Positions 51,231 through 63,784 of a DNA stretch of 64,000 nt are shown here, piece by piece. Origin of the DNA: Phoronis australis (taxonomy: Eukaryota > Animalia > Phoronida); contig NMRA01000578.1 in assembly GCA_002633005.1 (NCBI GenBank), positions 197,952-261,951 on the forward strand. The letters run 5' to 3'. Under the pieces are notes generated by a model. That model ran no database searches. It had not been told where the DNA came from and was given only the letters and a program-made list of their open reading frames with translations. A program made the translations under genes and the position numbers. Positions within the stretch are counted from its first letter, which is position 1. Each line of letters opens with the position of its first letter.

Positions 51231-52901
51231 GTTGACAGACTAGTGAACAAATGCAAACGACGACTGAACTTATCATATGACTGACTCGGCAGCTCCTACA
51301 GACAGACTCTATGAAAACAAAATGGCGGGAAATTCTTAACCCCCTCTAAACGACTAATTAATAAAATTACGAGAAGCCGTTACTAACTGAAAATATATTT
51401 GGGATAATCAAAGAACCGTATTTTTACTAAAAATGACATGAAAAAAGATTGCCTTCTCCTTTAAATTATTCCACTTGAACACCTGGCGGTTTCCGCAATT
51501 AAAAAATGGAGATGTAATCAGTTAAAGGATAGTTATGGTTTAAAACTATAACTCACTATATATTTTAGAGTATTTAATGTCGTGTGTTAAGAATATTCAA
51601 CACTAACAAAAGATACAATCTACATTTGAAATAAATTACAACAACAATGCTATGAATTATTTTGCGTTGTAACAGAGAGAGTGACAAGAGTCATGGGTGG
51701 AAACTATGCCATGGCTGGGAAAATCTTCGATCCTCTAAACCCTACACCTGGACAATCATACACCAAACCAAAAGTGTCAATCACAGACACGTATTCCATA
51801 ACAATTACTTCAAACATGGCACCGAAAATTCTCCGATACCCGTTGACCAAACAGGGGAAGTAGATTCCTCATTCCCGCAGCAACAAAATTAAAGGTTTTT
51901 CAACCCAAGACTACGACTCGCATGCGACTACTAGGCACCAATACACAATGCACTCAGAATGCAAAACACTCCAGATTCCAAACATTGGAAAGAAAAAGGG
52001 TGTCAATCAGATCTTTCTTTACTAAACTGAAACGTCTGAGGCGCACCTGAATTTCCATCCAAATCTGGTCTTGCCGTCAAGAAGTGGTAGATTGGATATT
52101 GTATTCAGTTTTCAAGCTGCGATTTGTTGAAAGGTTAGGATTTTGCGCAACGCAGAAAAAAATCCTTTCCTGACTCCCCACTAGGAATTTTTCAGCCTGA
52201 ACGGTTTGTTCTAGAATTCTCTTGCTCGTGTACTTAATACAAAATACTATTCATTGCCTATTAAACTATTCACCAAAAGTAAATGTACCATATGTTTTTC
52301 GCACGGGTTTTTCAGGAAATTGATAAACTGAATATGATTCAGATATGTTTGATGCACTATAAGGTAGAATTCGACATGAATTATAAGGATATGGCGCCTT
52401 CTAGCATTTTAACTAATCGGACGACAATGGTTATTTAAGTTGGCGGTTCTTGTACCAAGTGATTCACACAAACTTCCAAGTGAATGTTGCTGTCTCTTTT
52501 TGTGGTACTTGTATTACCCACTCGCTTTTGTGTTGCTTTATGTTCAAGTGCTTGTAGTAAATTTATTTCAAAGATTCATATACATTTCAACTGAATTACA
52601 ATACTCAATATCAGATTTCGTCAATCGTATTTGTTTCTTACAGGTAATTATGCCAGTCTCAGTTGTATTAAATTGGGAGCTCATCTCTCAAACTTTTCTT
52701 TATTATTCAAATAAGCTCTGACATCACTTCCTATTACTGTTATTATGCATGCAGGTTTCTTTGGTGTTTAATCCTCGTCCCTTTTCTGTCGTGAAATACT
52801 GAAAGGTGCCATCTGAAATGTAACAGACATCTGCCTTTGAGAATAGGGAACAATTGATCGAAAACTGCACAATTTCTTGAATCTGACTGTATTTGCATGC
52901 G

Positions 52902-53013
52902 TACATGCATGTATGCATACATACATACATACATACATACATACATACATACATACATACATACATACATACATACATACATACATACATACATGCATGC
53001 ATACATACATTCA
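52902..53013. repeat. (CATA)n microsatellite, intronic in the relic gene
   Basis: Long pure CATA run. Shorter orthologous runs at about 14975-15000, 28495-28565 and 41610-41665. Confidence 0.95.
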
Positions 53014-55203
53014 TATATTAGGCCTGCAAAGGTACAGCTGTCATATACGCAACACAAACCTGTGCACCATGAAATTAAACAAAGAAGAATAAAACAACAT
53101 GGAGTATCAACAAATCTATTCTTAGGGAAATTGAGTCATGTCCTGGTCCATTTACATATATTTGATTCATGATTTGATACACAATGACGATTATCAACTT
53201 GACCACCAAGCCTTGAAATTTGAGAAAAGTTGGAAAATTATTTACAAAATCGGTTATTTGTAAAGTGGTGTATGTGACTAACGCATTGGATAAGGTAATG
53301 GCCCACTGTGGGGAATGACTGCTAACATTGAATCACAAGGCATCTTTGTCGGCTAATGGAGAAATAGTTTAGCTGACTAATGATTTGTTTCTCAGGGAAG
53401 GCAATACTCGTGCAATAGCAGGCCTAGGAGTCAAGACAAGTTAAGATGTGGGCTGAAATCTGTGATGCAGACTTAAGTATCCTTTTCAAACTGAATTTCA
53501 TCTGTATTTAGCAGCCAAACACGAAAAAATAATTAAGCCACTTAGTCTGACAAATCTGGTCTCATAATAGTCCTTAACGTAATATGACTCAATTACCTTT
53601 ACCAACAAGAGCATCAGACCAACAGGGACTCAAGAAAATTATATACTTTATTGGGGTTGGCCAACCTTAAAACTGTTGATTTGAACGGAAAGTCATTACG
53701 TAGCGTCGAAATTGGACTACAGAATATGGCGGCCGACGGCACCAATATATTAGTTCAAACGGGCAAAATTCAACAAAACTAACCTCTTTAAAAAAATTGA
53801 AGCTCATGTCACAGGATTTATGAACTGTTGACTTTACAGTTAAATGATTTGACCTAATATAATATCCAATAGAGAAGTGGTACGGATTACAGCCAAAATG
53901 GTGAAATCTCCTTGACGACCAGAGTAAGATGACGTCACTCATTCCGTCCCTATTCGAAAATGACGCATGCATGCATTGTCTGACTTGCGTTGCTGGCATA
54001 TTCTGCAATAATGCGAGATCGGATGAGCGTGGTATTGTGTTGAGCCCAAAGTGGAAAGAAAAACCTTAGCAGTTAAACAACGGCGAGATGCCCTTTAACG
54101 TACATTCACTATACTGCGCACACGTATGCATATAAATGAATAATGCAGCCCTTCTACTTCGGAGATTGTTGAAAAGGAGCCAAATATCAACAAAACTGCA
54201 ACCCTCTTCATCGACTCTCAGTAAAAGCACATACCTTCTGGAAGCAAAAAGCGTGTAAAATTTAATTTTGAAACTTGTAGCAATATCTATGGAATTTAAT
54301 TTTGAGCTTTATACCAATCTGCCATTCTTTGTTTCAAGTGACCCTGTGTTTTGGTAAAATGAAGGAAGGCACGTACGTAGAAAAACAACAACATTGAAAG
54401 ATCTCTGTTGCCTCAAATGTTCGAAATGAACTCTCAAATCGCTGTCATAGTTTCCTATGTTATTCTTGCGTTTTTGTTTTCTGCAACTTGAGATTTTTTA
54501 CAAGAATATCTTGATACAAAAGAACATTTGAAAGTAATTTCCTAAAGATTTTGTGAAAACAGTGCATAAACCAATGACAGTACTCGGATTGAAAGATTCA
54601 AAATCATCAGATTAGCACTTTCTGTGATGAGATGCTCCGAAATAAGCGACATTTTGACATTTTGATATTTGAAAGGCCTTTCATACTAACGTTGACGCGT
54701 CCATGTATTGGGGAGTTGCGGTTATGTATAACTTACCATTATTTATATGTCACGTCGTCCTTTTCGAAGTCGATATCGCCGACAACGATAAAGCCTTTGT
54801 AGTGGGCACTTCTTGCAGATTTTATGAATATTAAATCTCAGCAGTCCTGTAAGTATAATGTAGAACAAACAAAACTCATCAATATTTTACCTTGGTCACG
54901 TAGTAGGGACGCATTCTTTTGCTCAATATGTTGTATCGTTATGTACATATACCTTACAACATTAGAGGGGCGTGGTTTCGTTTTTCTCACAAGACATTTG
55001 CTCTACGGAACGCAGCAACGCGAAATCGTACTCTCGTGAATTCATCGTTTATTGTGATTTCTCAAACGAGAGTGTTTGGTGAAAATGTGAAAAAGGAGAT
55101 TCATCGATAGTCAAAAATTCTTTGCGTTCGTTTGAATTGTGGTGAACTGTTTGATCATGTTGAAATCATTACACTCTTCTTTCTTATCAGTAATAATCGT
55201 TAA

Positions 55204-55385
55204 TCTTCTTACATGCCATATGTTGGTGACATTGCATGACCCATAGTTATTCCTGTCGCGACCGAGGTTCGAACCCGCCGGGACTTTCTTCTAGCCGTGC
55301 AGAAAGTCCCGGTTCGAGTCCCGGTCAGGAGAAAGGTCTTTTCACACTTAACTGAGATGTGACCAACATATGACGTGTAAGAAGA
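55204..55385. mobile_element. Palindromic element with two inverted tRNA-like halves (best copy)
   Basis: TCTTCTTACATGCCATATGTTGGTGACA / TGTGACCAACATATGACGTGTAAGAAGA ends, with B-box-like GGTTCGAACCC (55266) and GGTTCGAGTCC (55311). Confidence 0.75.
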
Positions 55386-56435
55386 CCGAGATATCTTTCG
55401 TATACCTTATCCACACTTTGTTTTTTCTTCTTGGTACATTTTCGCACCTTTTTGAGAATTGACACCTGTTACATTAAAGGCCGACCGACCTATCTTGTCG
55501 TTTATTCATACTGGCCTTTTTGGTTCATCTTTTATCATTTTTTCGCATTTGTCGCATGTGCAATCTGATCTTTGTTTGGTTAGTCTCTGGCCGTTTTGCT
55601 AGAAAAGTTGTAAACGACTTTCTGCCATTTCAACACGTGTGATTAGGTATTCAGAATGTTGAATGAAGAGTACTGAGATCAGTTACAAGTTATTGTGATC
55701 ACATAGTGCTATTACACGGAACAGCATGCTGTTGGTGTAATAATTAACAATTAGTTGTTCCAGTTCAACGCATGGATACAAATTTTAAGGCCTAAAAAGA
55801 TCGGTGTTGTGTTTAGTATAATTACCTCAGTCTACTTTCTACAGAAGCGAGTTTCACATAAATTTCTGCAACAATTTTAAAAGTGTTTCGAGCGATCCAC
55901 AACCAGTGTAACATCAAAATGAAACTCGTGAAAAGCGGTGAGACTGTCTAGCTGTGCTGTCTCAAGGTCAATTCAGTGCTCACGCACGGGTAAGCCTTGC
56001 TGACTATTATTTATAAACATTTTTTAAATTCTAATATTACAACTTCAAAGACTATTTATTAAATTCTAATTTGAATATTTACTACGAAAGCTCAATACAA
56101 TTTACAATTGTTAAGCTTAAAATAAATCTATTGACAAAAAGTAACTGAATCATTTTACATTGCGCAAGCGTGTTTTTACAAAAGTTGCGTCATGTCGTTG
56201 AAGGTTTTAGACCCGTCAAGTTTTTCGGCATAAAAGATCGTTTTTACGGTTCATGTTTGAAAACAAATCCTACACATGTTTCAGATTCATGACATTGGCA
56301 AGTCTTGCGATTTTGACGAATTTTCCAAATGGTTTTTCCCGTATCATAAACCTGATACTCGTGTGGGATTCTCTATATTTCACTAACACAGGAGTGATAA
56401 CCATGTCTCTGGGCCGTAGAACACTTACAAGCAAA

Positions 56436-57203
56436 GGTGGCACTGAACAGCTAGGCTGCGGCAGCAGCCAATTTGCACTCCCAAAACACTAAAAGGGTAG
56501 GCTAGGCTTGGGGGTATTTTTAGGTAGGCAATACATGTAGGCTCAATGAATGTGGTTTTTTGTATTTGGTGCAGTTGGGTACCAGCCATTCGCTAACACA
56601 AACGTCGTTGAAAACACGACTAAACTTTTTGTTTGAAAGCTTTCAAACAAAAAGTTTAGTCGTGTTTTCAAGGAAGTTTGTTTGTATTTGTAAAAAATTT
56701 TGAGAATAAAACTAAAAAAGACCACTTGCTCGGCTGTAGCTGCACTCTTCTTCAAGATGGCGTCCCCTGTTGCGATTGTGCCTTGCTGGGTAGCGACTGA
56801 GAAATTGACTGCGATTTCAGGTAGCCCTCAAACAAGCCAGATTTGCAAAAAAGTAGTTGGTTGACAGTACTTTTGGACCACATTTTTGGAATCGGTAGGA
56901 CATTTTCTTTCAGAATAGAATGTTAGCTTTAGTCGTGCATCGGCATGAAAATGGTGATTTTGGGATGAAAAGAGACGATTTTGTGGGGTTTTCTGCCCCT
57001 TTACCTTGCTTTTCAGTAGGAGTGAAAGGGTCAAAAATACAAGAGAGTCAAAGTTTCTGTGCTCATCCGTAGGGGTTGTGATGTGAAACGACTCAAAACT
57101 TTTCATTCTTTGCCTACAGTTTTTGACAGAATGAAAAATGACTGACGAGTCCAATGACGTGTGTTCTGATAGGCAAACCCTACAGAGAACTGTTCTTTTC
57201 CTC
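56436..57203. mobile_element. Unit 4-specific insertion, class unknown
   Basis: Interrupts cagcaaaatggaac, which is contiguous in the other units. Contains a perfect palindrome. Confidence 0.55.
56608..56671. repeat. Perfect 64-bp palindrome with no spacer
   Basis: ttgaaaacacgactaaactttttgtttgaaag|ctttcaaacaaaaagtttagtcgtgttttcaa. Confidence 0.95.
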
Positions 57204-59790
57204 GAAATGGAATGTAGGTAACCCTAGCCACTGTCCACAAAACACTTGCTGGGTCGAGTGGGAACTCATAGGACGCACAGCGAACTCTGTGGTGCATGGT
57301 AATTTCGTGTAGTTGAAGTTCAGCTTCTGTGGTAAGGGTTCTTTGCGGTTGGTGAGAGTTCTTTCTGTGGCTGGTAATTATTTTGTAAAGGGTAGCAAGA
57401 GCTTTACTTACTGTCCGTGTTATATGGTGTGCGACACAAGGTTATTAAGGGTTTAACTAACAACACCGTGGCAAATCAAAGTTTTGACACACGAAGAAGA
57501 GAAATATATTCTCCGACGCGGAATCACTACTCACCTGGAATACGACGTACAGTTGCCGGATGACACAGTATCACTATATGTTTAGTGCATTTGACGCAAT
57601 ACTTCGCCATGTTCTGTTTGGCATGGTCTGTAGATTAAAATAATTTGGCAACATTTGACCATGTTATGACCCTTTTGACAAAACAACCACATGTTAGCAC
57701 TCGTTCATTGTAGTTACCCGCCAAATGAACATCAAACTTTTAATGTAACCAGTTTTATGGACTCTAAAATAAACATCTTGAAGACCTCTCGGTGTGTAAG
57801 TCCAATAGGTGAGTCTTAATAGGTTGTTGAAGATTGACTACCAACTAAATTTAGAAATATCATCTACGTTTTAGGATCACGTTTAAAAAACACGATATCC
57901 GGTTGTTTTTTCTACGTAGAATACTTTTACAGAGCTTAAATCACTTAATTTGAATATGTTTTTATAGATCAATAAAAAACAACTGAAAAGTATATTCTGA
58001 AAAGCAGTAATCCTAGACCAGCTGATCTCTGAATACTAAGGGAGTATATCTTAACTTATTAAACGTAGTAACTCAGTCATGTAGAATTATTCATTTTTAG
58101 AAGAACAATTAAATTAATAAATCTCAGGGCAACGTGGGAATGTACTTTATGTTGTTAACTTGCAATATTTGGAGAATAAAACAGCTTATTATTTAAAATG
58201 ACTTATTTTTATTAAAATGACATAGGCAAAAATGATATATGGGCCTCAAAAGCGAGGCGTCCAATATTAATATAGGGGGCTGGCCTAAAGGCCGTCGGAA
58301 GCGGGGCCTTTCCAAATTAATATAGGTGGCCTCGTTTTTGAGGCCCGAAATACAATTTTTGCCTATGTCGTTTTAATAAGAATACGTCTTGTTTAATAAT
58401 AAACTGTTTTAAATGTTTTTTTAAATTGTTTGTTTTGCAAGAATTGTGATGTGGAAACAAAAGCTTAGTCACATGGTGCACATGTTTGAAGATGGCAAAT
58501 AAATTGTGACCTCAGTTTTAACATGGCGAATATTAGAAAAAAACTGCGTTGAACTGCGCCTTTTACACAGGCTTACAGCAAATGAAACGAAAACAGTACC
58601 AACAATTAATAATTGTTGGACAACTTTCAAATGCGCTAATCAATTACAAAAAGGGACACTTATCATTTTGTCGATGTTTTTACCTGTTTTTCTCCATAAA
58701 CCACCCCAAAACCGTTTATCAACTGATGAACAATCCTGACACTCTTTGCCCTCGCTTTCAAATCCTTCTAGTGTTTCTAGCTTGTCCAGAAGTTCTGCAA
58801 AGACAGAAAAGTCGTTATAGCTTTGGTGTCTCTGTTGGATGAAAAAATTTAACTTGTCGCCCTTTTTAGTGCCTGAGAAGACGGATATATTGGTTTTTGA
58901 TACCGTGAGTCGACATTCCCAATTTTTGTCGATTTCATCAGGAAAGGAGTAAAGTTCTTTGTCCGCCTTTGCGGCCACTTTCTCTGCTACAAACGTATTT
59001 TAATTTGAAGTTGGCTTTCCTCTAACTCCAACTTGTTGTTGTATCTATATAAAACAAATTAATGAAAGGCGTACTGCTCTCGGTATTTTACGTTCCTTTC
59101 CAAAATGAAATGTGAAGATCAAACTTGTTCGCGAATTGACTTCAGGAAGTATATGTTTCTTCAACAGTTTTAGCTCGTCGAAGGAACTTCCGTCTTTCCT
59201 CATCCCAAGCATAAGATGTTTTAGATGTGCTAGGTCTTTCTGAGACTCGAAAATGGTGACCTTCAAATATAGGTTGAACACGGCATAAAGACCTAAAATG
59301 TCGCCAAAACGATAAAATATTGGGGGGCGGGACTTCCTGGCTAACTTCAGAATTGGCATATTTCTCCTGACACTTACAAAATCCAAATAAAATGATATTC
59401 ACCAATAAATTACACACGTCCAAATAAATAATTACAGCTTGATCTGTGACGTTTGCCTATTGCGTTGACTTGTAAACAAAATGGCAGACAATCCGAATAC
59501 GAGGTCTCCTATAATATAACAATGCTTACATTACCCTTAAATATTGTTTACGGAGCTAAATAGCTAAACTTGACTCTTACAGACAAAAGAAAATGACTTA
59601 CCCTCTTCAGAATTTCCATCTACAATTTGGACATATCCATAGATAGATAAACCCATAAGAATCACCAAAACTCCTTTCATGGTGCGGCCCCAAAACTACA
59701 GCCTGTAATATCGTACAATGTTACAATGTAGTATTTCTCACCATGAGGTGGGAGAGAGAGCACTCTAACTGGGAAATTGCTGAGCCACCC

Positions 59791-60200
59791 TACCCTCTGA
59801 CACAGCGCCCCCTATACTGTAAAGTGGCCCTGTGGAAACATGATGAACAACACACGCTGAATTCCGTGTGTGGGTATCAATGCGCATGCCTTGGTCCGAA
59901 GTATACCGATCACATCCCCACCACTTGCACATGCCTTTATGCACTCTCAACTTGTTTGAACTTAAGCCACTGGCCATTTATTGGGGTTTTCTTGATTTTG
60001 TTTAGTTCGATCACTGCCAGTTTTAATAAGTTGCAACTATTCAAGTCAAAAGTGGTCGCCATACTACGTAAGAGTAAACTGAAAGGGATTTCCCAGATTT
60101 CAACCATTGAGACGTCGGTTAATTCATTAGTTTAACCAACGAGAAGCCATATCAAAGAACATTCCACAGTGCTACCTTTCGTGGCACTGTGAAACAATGA
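59791..60200. mobile_element. 410-bp insertion with exact 9-bp TSD (MULE- or AcademH-like)
   Basis: GAGCCACCC at 59782-59790 and 60201-60209. Only weak, imperfect inverted ends. Confidence 0.75.
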
Positions 60201-63200
60201 GAGCCACCCAAGCTCATCAAAAAACTATACTTTGTCTTGCGTTAGCTACAAATGCATGTGAACGGCATACGATCGCAGTGTTAACAATTTACCGCTCCCT
60301 GATTCGCTGGAATTAACAGTTTGGTTGACCTGTCGCAACTATCCTATAAATCAACGGTAGCACATGCACAAAGAGTCTGTGAATGCAACATGAACTCATA
60401 AAAAGTGCAAAATCAAGATGTCCACATAGTCATCAGTGCAGATACGAAATGATGTTAGGCCCCGCCGTCAACCATTACTGCACGCATAGAACTCTAGCCC
60501 TGGGAGTTCTGTGCACCAAGGGACGGATCGATCTGATAGATACGCGATCTCTGGCTAAATGCAAGCCAACTGACCCGTCAACAACAAATATAAGCGATGA
60601 CACGTGACGACGTTGTTGTTAGTAACCCGGACAAAAGGATGTAATGGGCGTATATGAATATTTGGTGTACCTATTGCTGTTAGCAGTTTTATAACGATGT
60701 TCACACACCAAGTAGGTTCGAGTTATTCATCTTTAGAAAAAACGAGATAAACTAAATGCATCAGAAATCACGCGAGAAGAATAGAGTTCAGTTGTTAGTA
60801 ACTGTTTATGCATATCTTTCATATTTCGTATAAATACATATATGTCGGCAGTCTAACAAACATTAAAATAAATACAATAATCCGATTTTATGTGAATAGA
60901 ATACAAGTATTACCATATCACCAACCATTGCTATTATAGTAGGAAATGTTTAACTGTTCCAATTCAGTCTCCAAATTGTTGGAAGAAACTATTTTTTTAA
61001 TATCATATCCTGGAGATTTCAGTTTAGATCACTTCTCATAAAGATTGCGAAACTGGAATAAGAATTTCAAAAATGTCATAATTTTCTGCACCAATTTAAG
61101 AACGTAGAGAATATTGTAATATATAAAGATCCTCGTGTGTTGCGTACCTTGAAGTCCGATCAGAGAGTATCCGACTTAACCGTCCTAAATCTGAGACAAC
61201 CGGTCGGCAACTAACGGGTTAAATGCAACAAACGTGATGTTTCTGGCGTGAAGAGTACCTGTACACAACATACACTCGCACACATAATACACATATATAT
61301 GTATGTATGTACAAATCAGTGACGTTAATGTATTCCAAAGGAGTGTGCACACTATACCCAACAACCGGACGTTCGGTTGTTGTGGTGAAGAAATGCTGCT
61401 GCACGATTGCATTTTATCAGTGAGTCATCGTCACCTTTATTATTCTCGGTGGCCATCCCACAAAAGGTAGTGAGGGACTCATGCGCATAAAGTAGAACCA
61501 TTCACCGACTAAAGAGGAAAACAGAACTTATTAAACAGGACATCCTCCAACAAAACAATATCAGAGTGCAAATTGATAGAAGGTCCGTTTGACCGCTTCC
61601 TGAAACAAGTCCCAGTATTTGTGTGCCTCCTCACCCCTTTTCCTTCTCAATATCATTTTCTTCCTAACCGTCATCATCATCGTCATCTCCATTGTCATCA
61701 TCATCGAACTCGCCGCCTTCATCACCATATCGTCTTCGAGATTAGTAATGTAGGTCTACTGCCTATAGACATCACATAGTATTTTGATGTCTATGGTACT
61801 GCCGTATTGGCGCGCCAATGGGCGTCTGTGGGGAACTGCCCTTATATGCAAAACTTAGGCGCATGCGCTAATATGAGAAGCACTTGTGTAAAAATAAGGC
61901 CACAATAAGGGCATTATTTCGGATATAAACCCGTGGGCCTAAAGGCGCGGCAATGCGGTACAAAACAATTTACCATTGTTTTTGAAAATACGCCAAGGAA
62001 CTCCAAAGATATAGAGGCAAACGTAAAAAAATGCCTAGAAGGCTCAGCGGTAGTCAAAACGGGTGTGCCTGTATGCAAATTAGTGTATGGGCCTATGCAT
62101 AGGACTTTACCTGGGCTATACGAAACTTAGGCCCATGTGCCAATATGGGGAAGACTTGGGTAAGAAAAGCCCTCAAAAAGGCATTATTTTGACTGTAGGT
62201 TTGTGGACCTAAAGGTGCAGCAATACGGTGTTCGAATGAATGTTAGTCATTCAGTTGTTGAATAAATGTAATTAGAATAAATCTAATACTGGACAGTTTG
62301 ATGATGACGTAGCCTCCCCATAACACTGGCTGGGGTTCCGACCTTGGTGGGAATCTTCGTCAAGTGCGTTGTGATATAATGGCATCGTTATACACAAGCT
62401 TGTATCTTTATACGTAGAGAACACCATACGGAAATTATCGAACGAGCTTGCAAGATGCCCATATTTAATTGCACTTGTGGAGCTTCAGCAAGTCATGTGA
62501 CTCTCAAAATGAATCAAGCTCTTCCTTTTTTGACACCCGTACTCACGATGATATACGAAAAGAGGTGTACCACTATACTTGTACCGAAAAACAAAACAAA
62601 CCAGTGTTCTACTAGAAGGAATTTGGGCATGGTGATCAATTTTATCTCCTCGTTTATCATCTGCCAATGAGCCTGAGTTCGAGTCTGCTGTGAAGTGCTC
62701 CTGGTGGCAAGGTATAGTCAGTGGGCCTCGAGCCGCAGGAGCAAATTTCGAGAGAACGTTCACCTGGCAACTCAGTTTTTATGTAAAATGTTGCCAGGTT
62801 TAAAGCGGAACATTTTTTAACAAGTTTTTATGGATTAAAGGGTCACATATATTCAACAGTAGAGGGCGCTGTAAACAACAGCATGAGCCAATCCTTCTGG
62901 AACCCGATGAAGATGTAGATTAACTTGCCTACCGCGGGCACTGGGGTACGAAATCCATGGCTAAGCTTCTTTTAGTACAGTTAAAACGGATTAGACTATG
63001 TTATTAAAGTTGATGATATTAAAAATGGTAATAAAAGGAGACACGGAAAATGTGTTTACAATACACAGCTCTTAAACATGTTTAGGTCTGGTGCACCGAT
63101 TACTACAGCGGGTATGATGGGTGCGATCAAGGCCTTATAATGGAACTGCATCAACCTTTAACTTTTTCAAACCACAAACGGAGCTCTGTCCATGTACATT

Positions 63201-63784
63201 TTAGACAATATTAAAAATATAGTTAGCTACGAAGACAAGTTTTCTGAAAATATCACCTAAAACATGTTTTTTCATAAACACCACCACTTTTACGAATAAA
63301 TTAATGGTATGCAATACATCAATCACTTTTCAAATTCATTTTTTTTAAACAAGTTTCGTTATATCAATATAAGACTCACAATTGGGTAAAAGTAAGCAAT
63401 TTGGGGTAACAAATCAAAACGCCAATAATTTAGTAAAAGTTCACCAATATTCAATTTTTTTTGCGTCTTGCATGTCTCAGTGAGCTCGACTGGATAACAC
63501 AACTTTGTGCTTCGTAATACTTGTTACGAAGGTTTTACTTCAACGTGGAGAAGGCCCCTCAAAGAGGCCAGGAGAAAAAATTGGTGGCGCACCAGCGGGT
63601 CAGAATTTGACGTAGTTAAATTTGATCTGTTGAATCTTTACCCCCTTTTAGGACTCGGCGGTATTGATTGTGGTATTCATGAGCTGGGTATCTCTGGTAA
63701 AACTCAACGAAAACTAATCGAGAATTGAAGTCTGCATTTCATATGTCCTCGCTTTTACCTTTTTATCCTCACAATATCACTTTG

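Larger units (their letters stand above)
49982..51460. mobile_element. Non-autonomous Kolobok transposon, copy in unit 3
   Basis: AGGAGATTGCAACC...GATTGCCTTCTCCT-TTAA, with the same internal deletion as the unit 1 copy. Confidence 0.85.
41050..52137. repeat. Tandem segmental unit 3
   Basis: Colinear with units 1 and 2, with several internal deletions. Includes a full Kolobok copy. Confidence 0.95.
52140..61745 (-). pseudogene. Decayed multi-exon gene, copy 4 (longest open exon pieces)
   Basis: ORFs 59045..59386 and 58640..58978 preserve most of the large exon; splice signals as in copy 1. Confidence 0.75.
52138..62230. repeat. Tandem segmental unit 4
   Basis: Colinear with the other units. 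Homology ends at about 62100-62230, before the Kolobok position. Confidence 0.95.

Noticed and set aside
52724-53172. Overlapping MYVC/HTYI-repeat ORFs
   Set aside because: Translations of the (CATA)n microsatellite.
14090-62230. Array as an assembly artefact (duplicated haplotypes)
   Set aside because: The four units are clearly diverged and carry different insertions and deletions. Only one ambiguous base (N at 20832) is present, though read support should still be checked.
62300-62763. Polinton PolB-like fragment (LASSFDNFR on the minus strand)
   Set aside because: The resemblance is a few residues only and flanking PolB motifs are missing.
63507-63728. RT-like motif (FDLLNLYP) in a 73-aa ORF
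   Set aside because: A single short motif with no other RT domains nearby.
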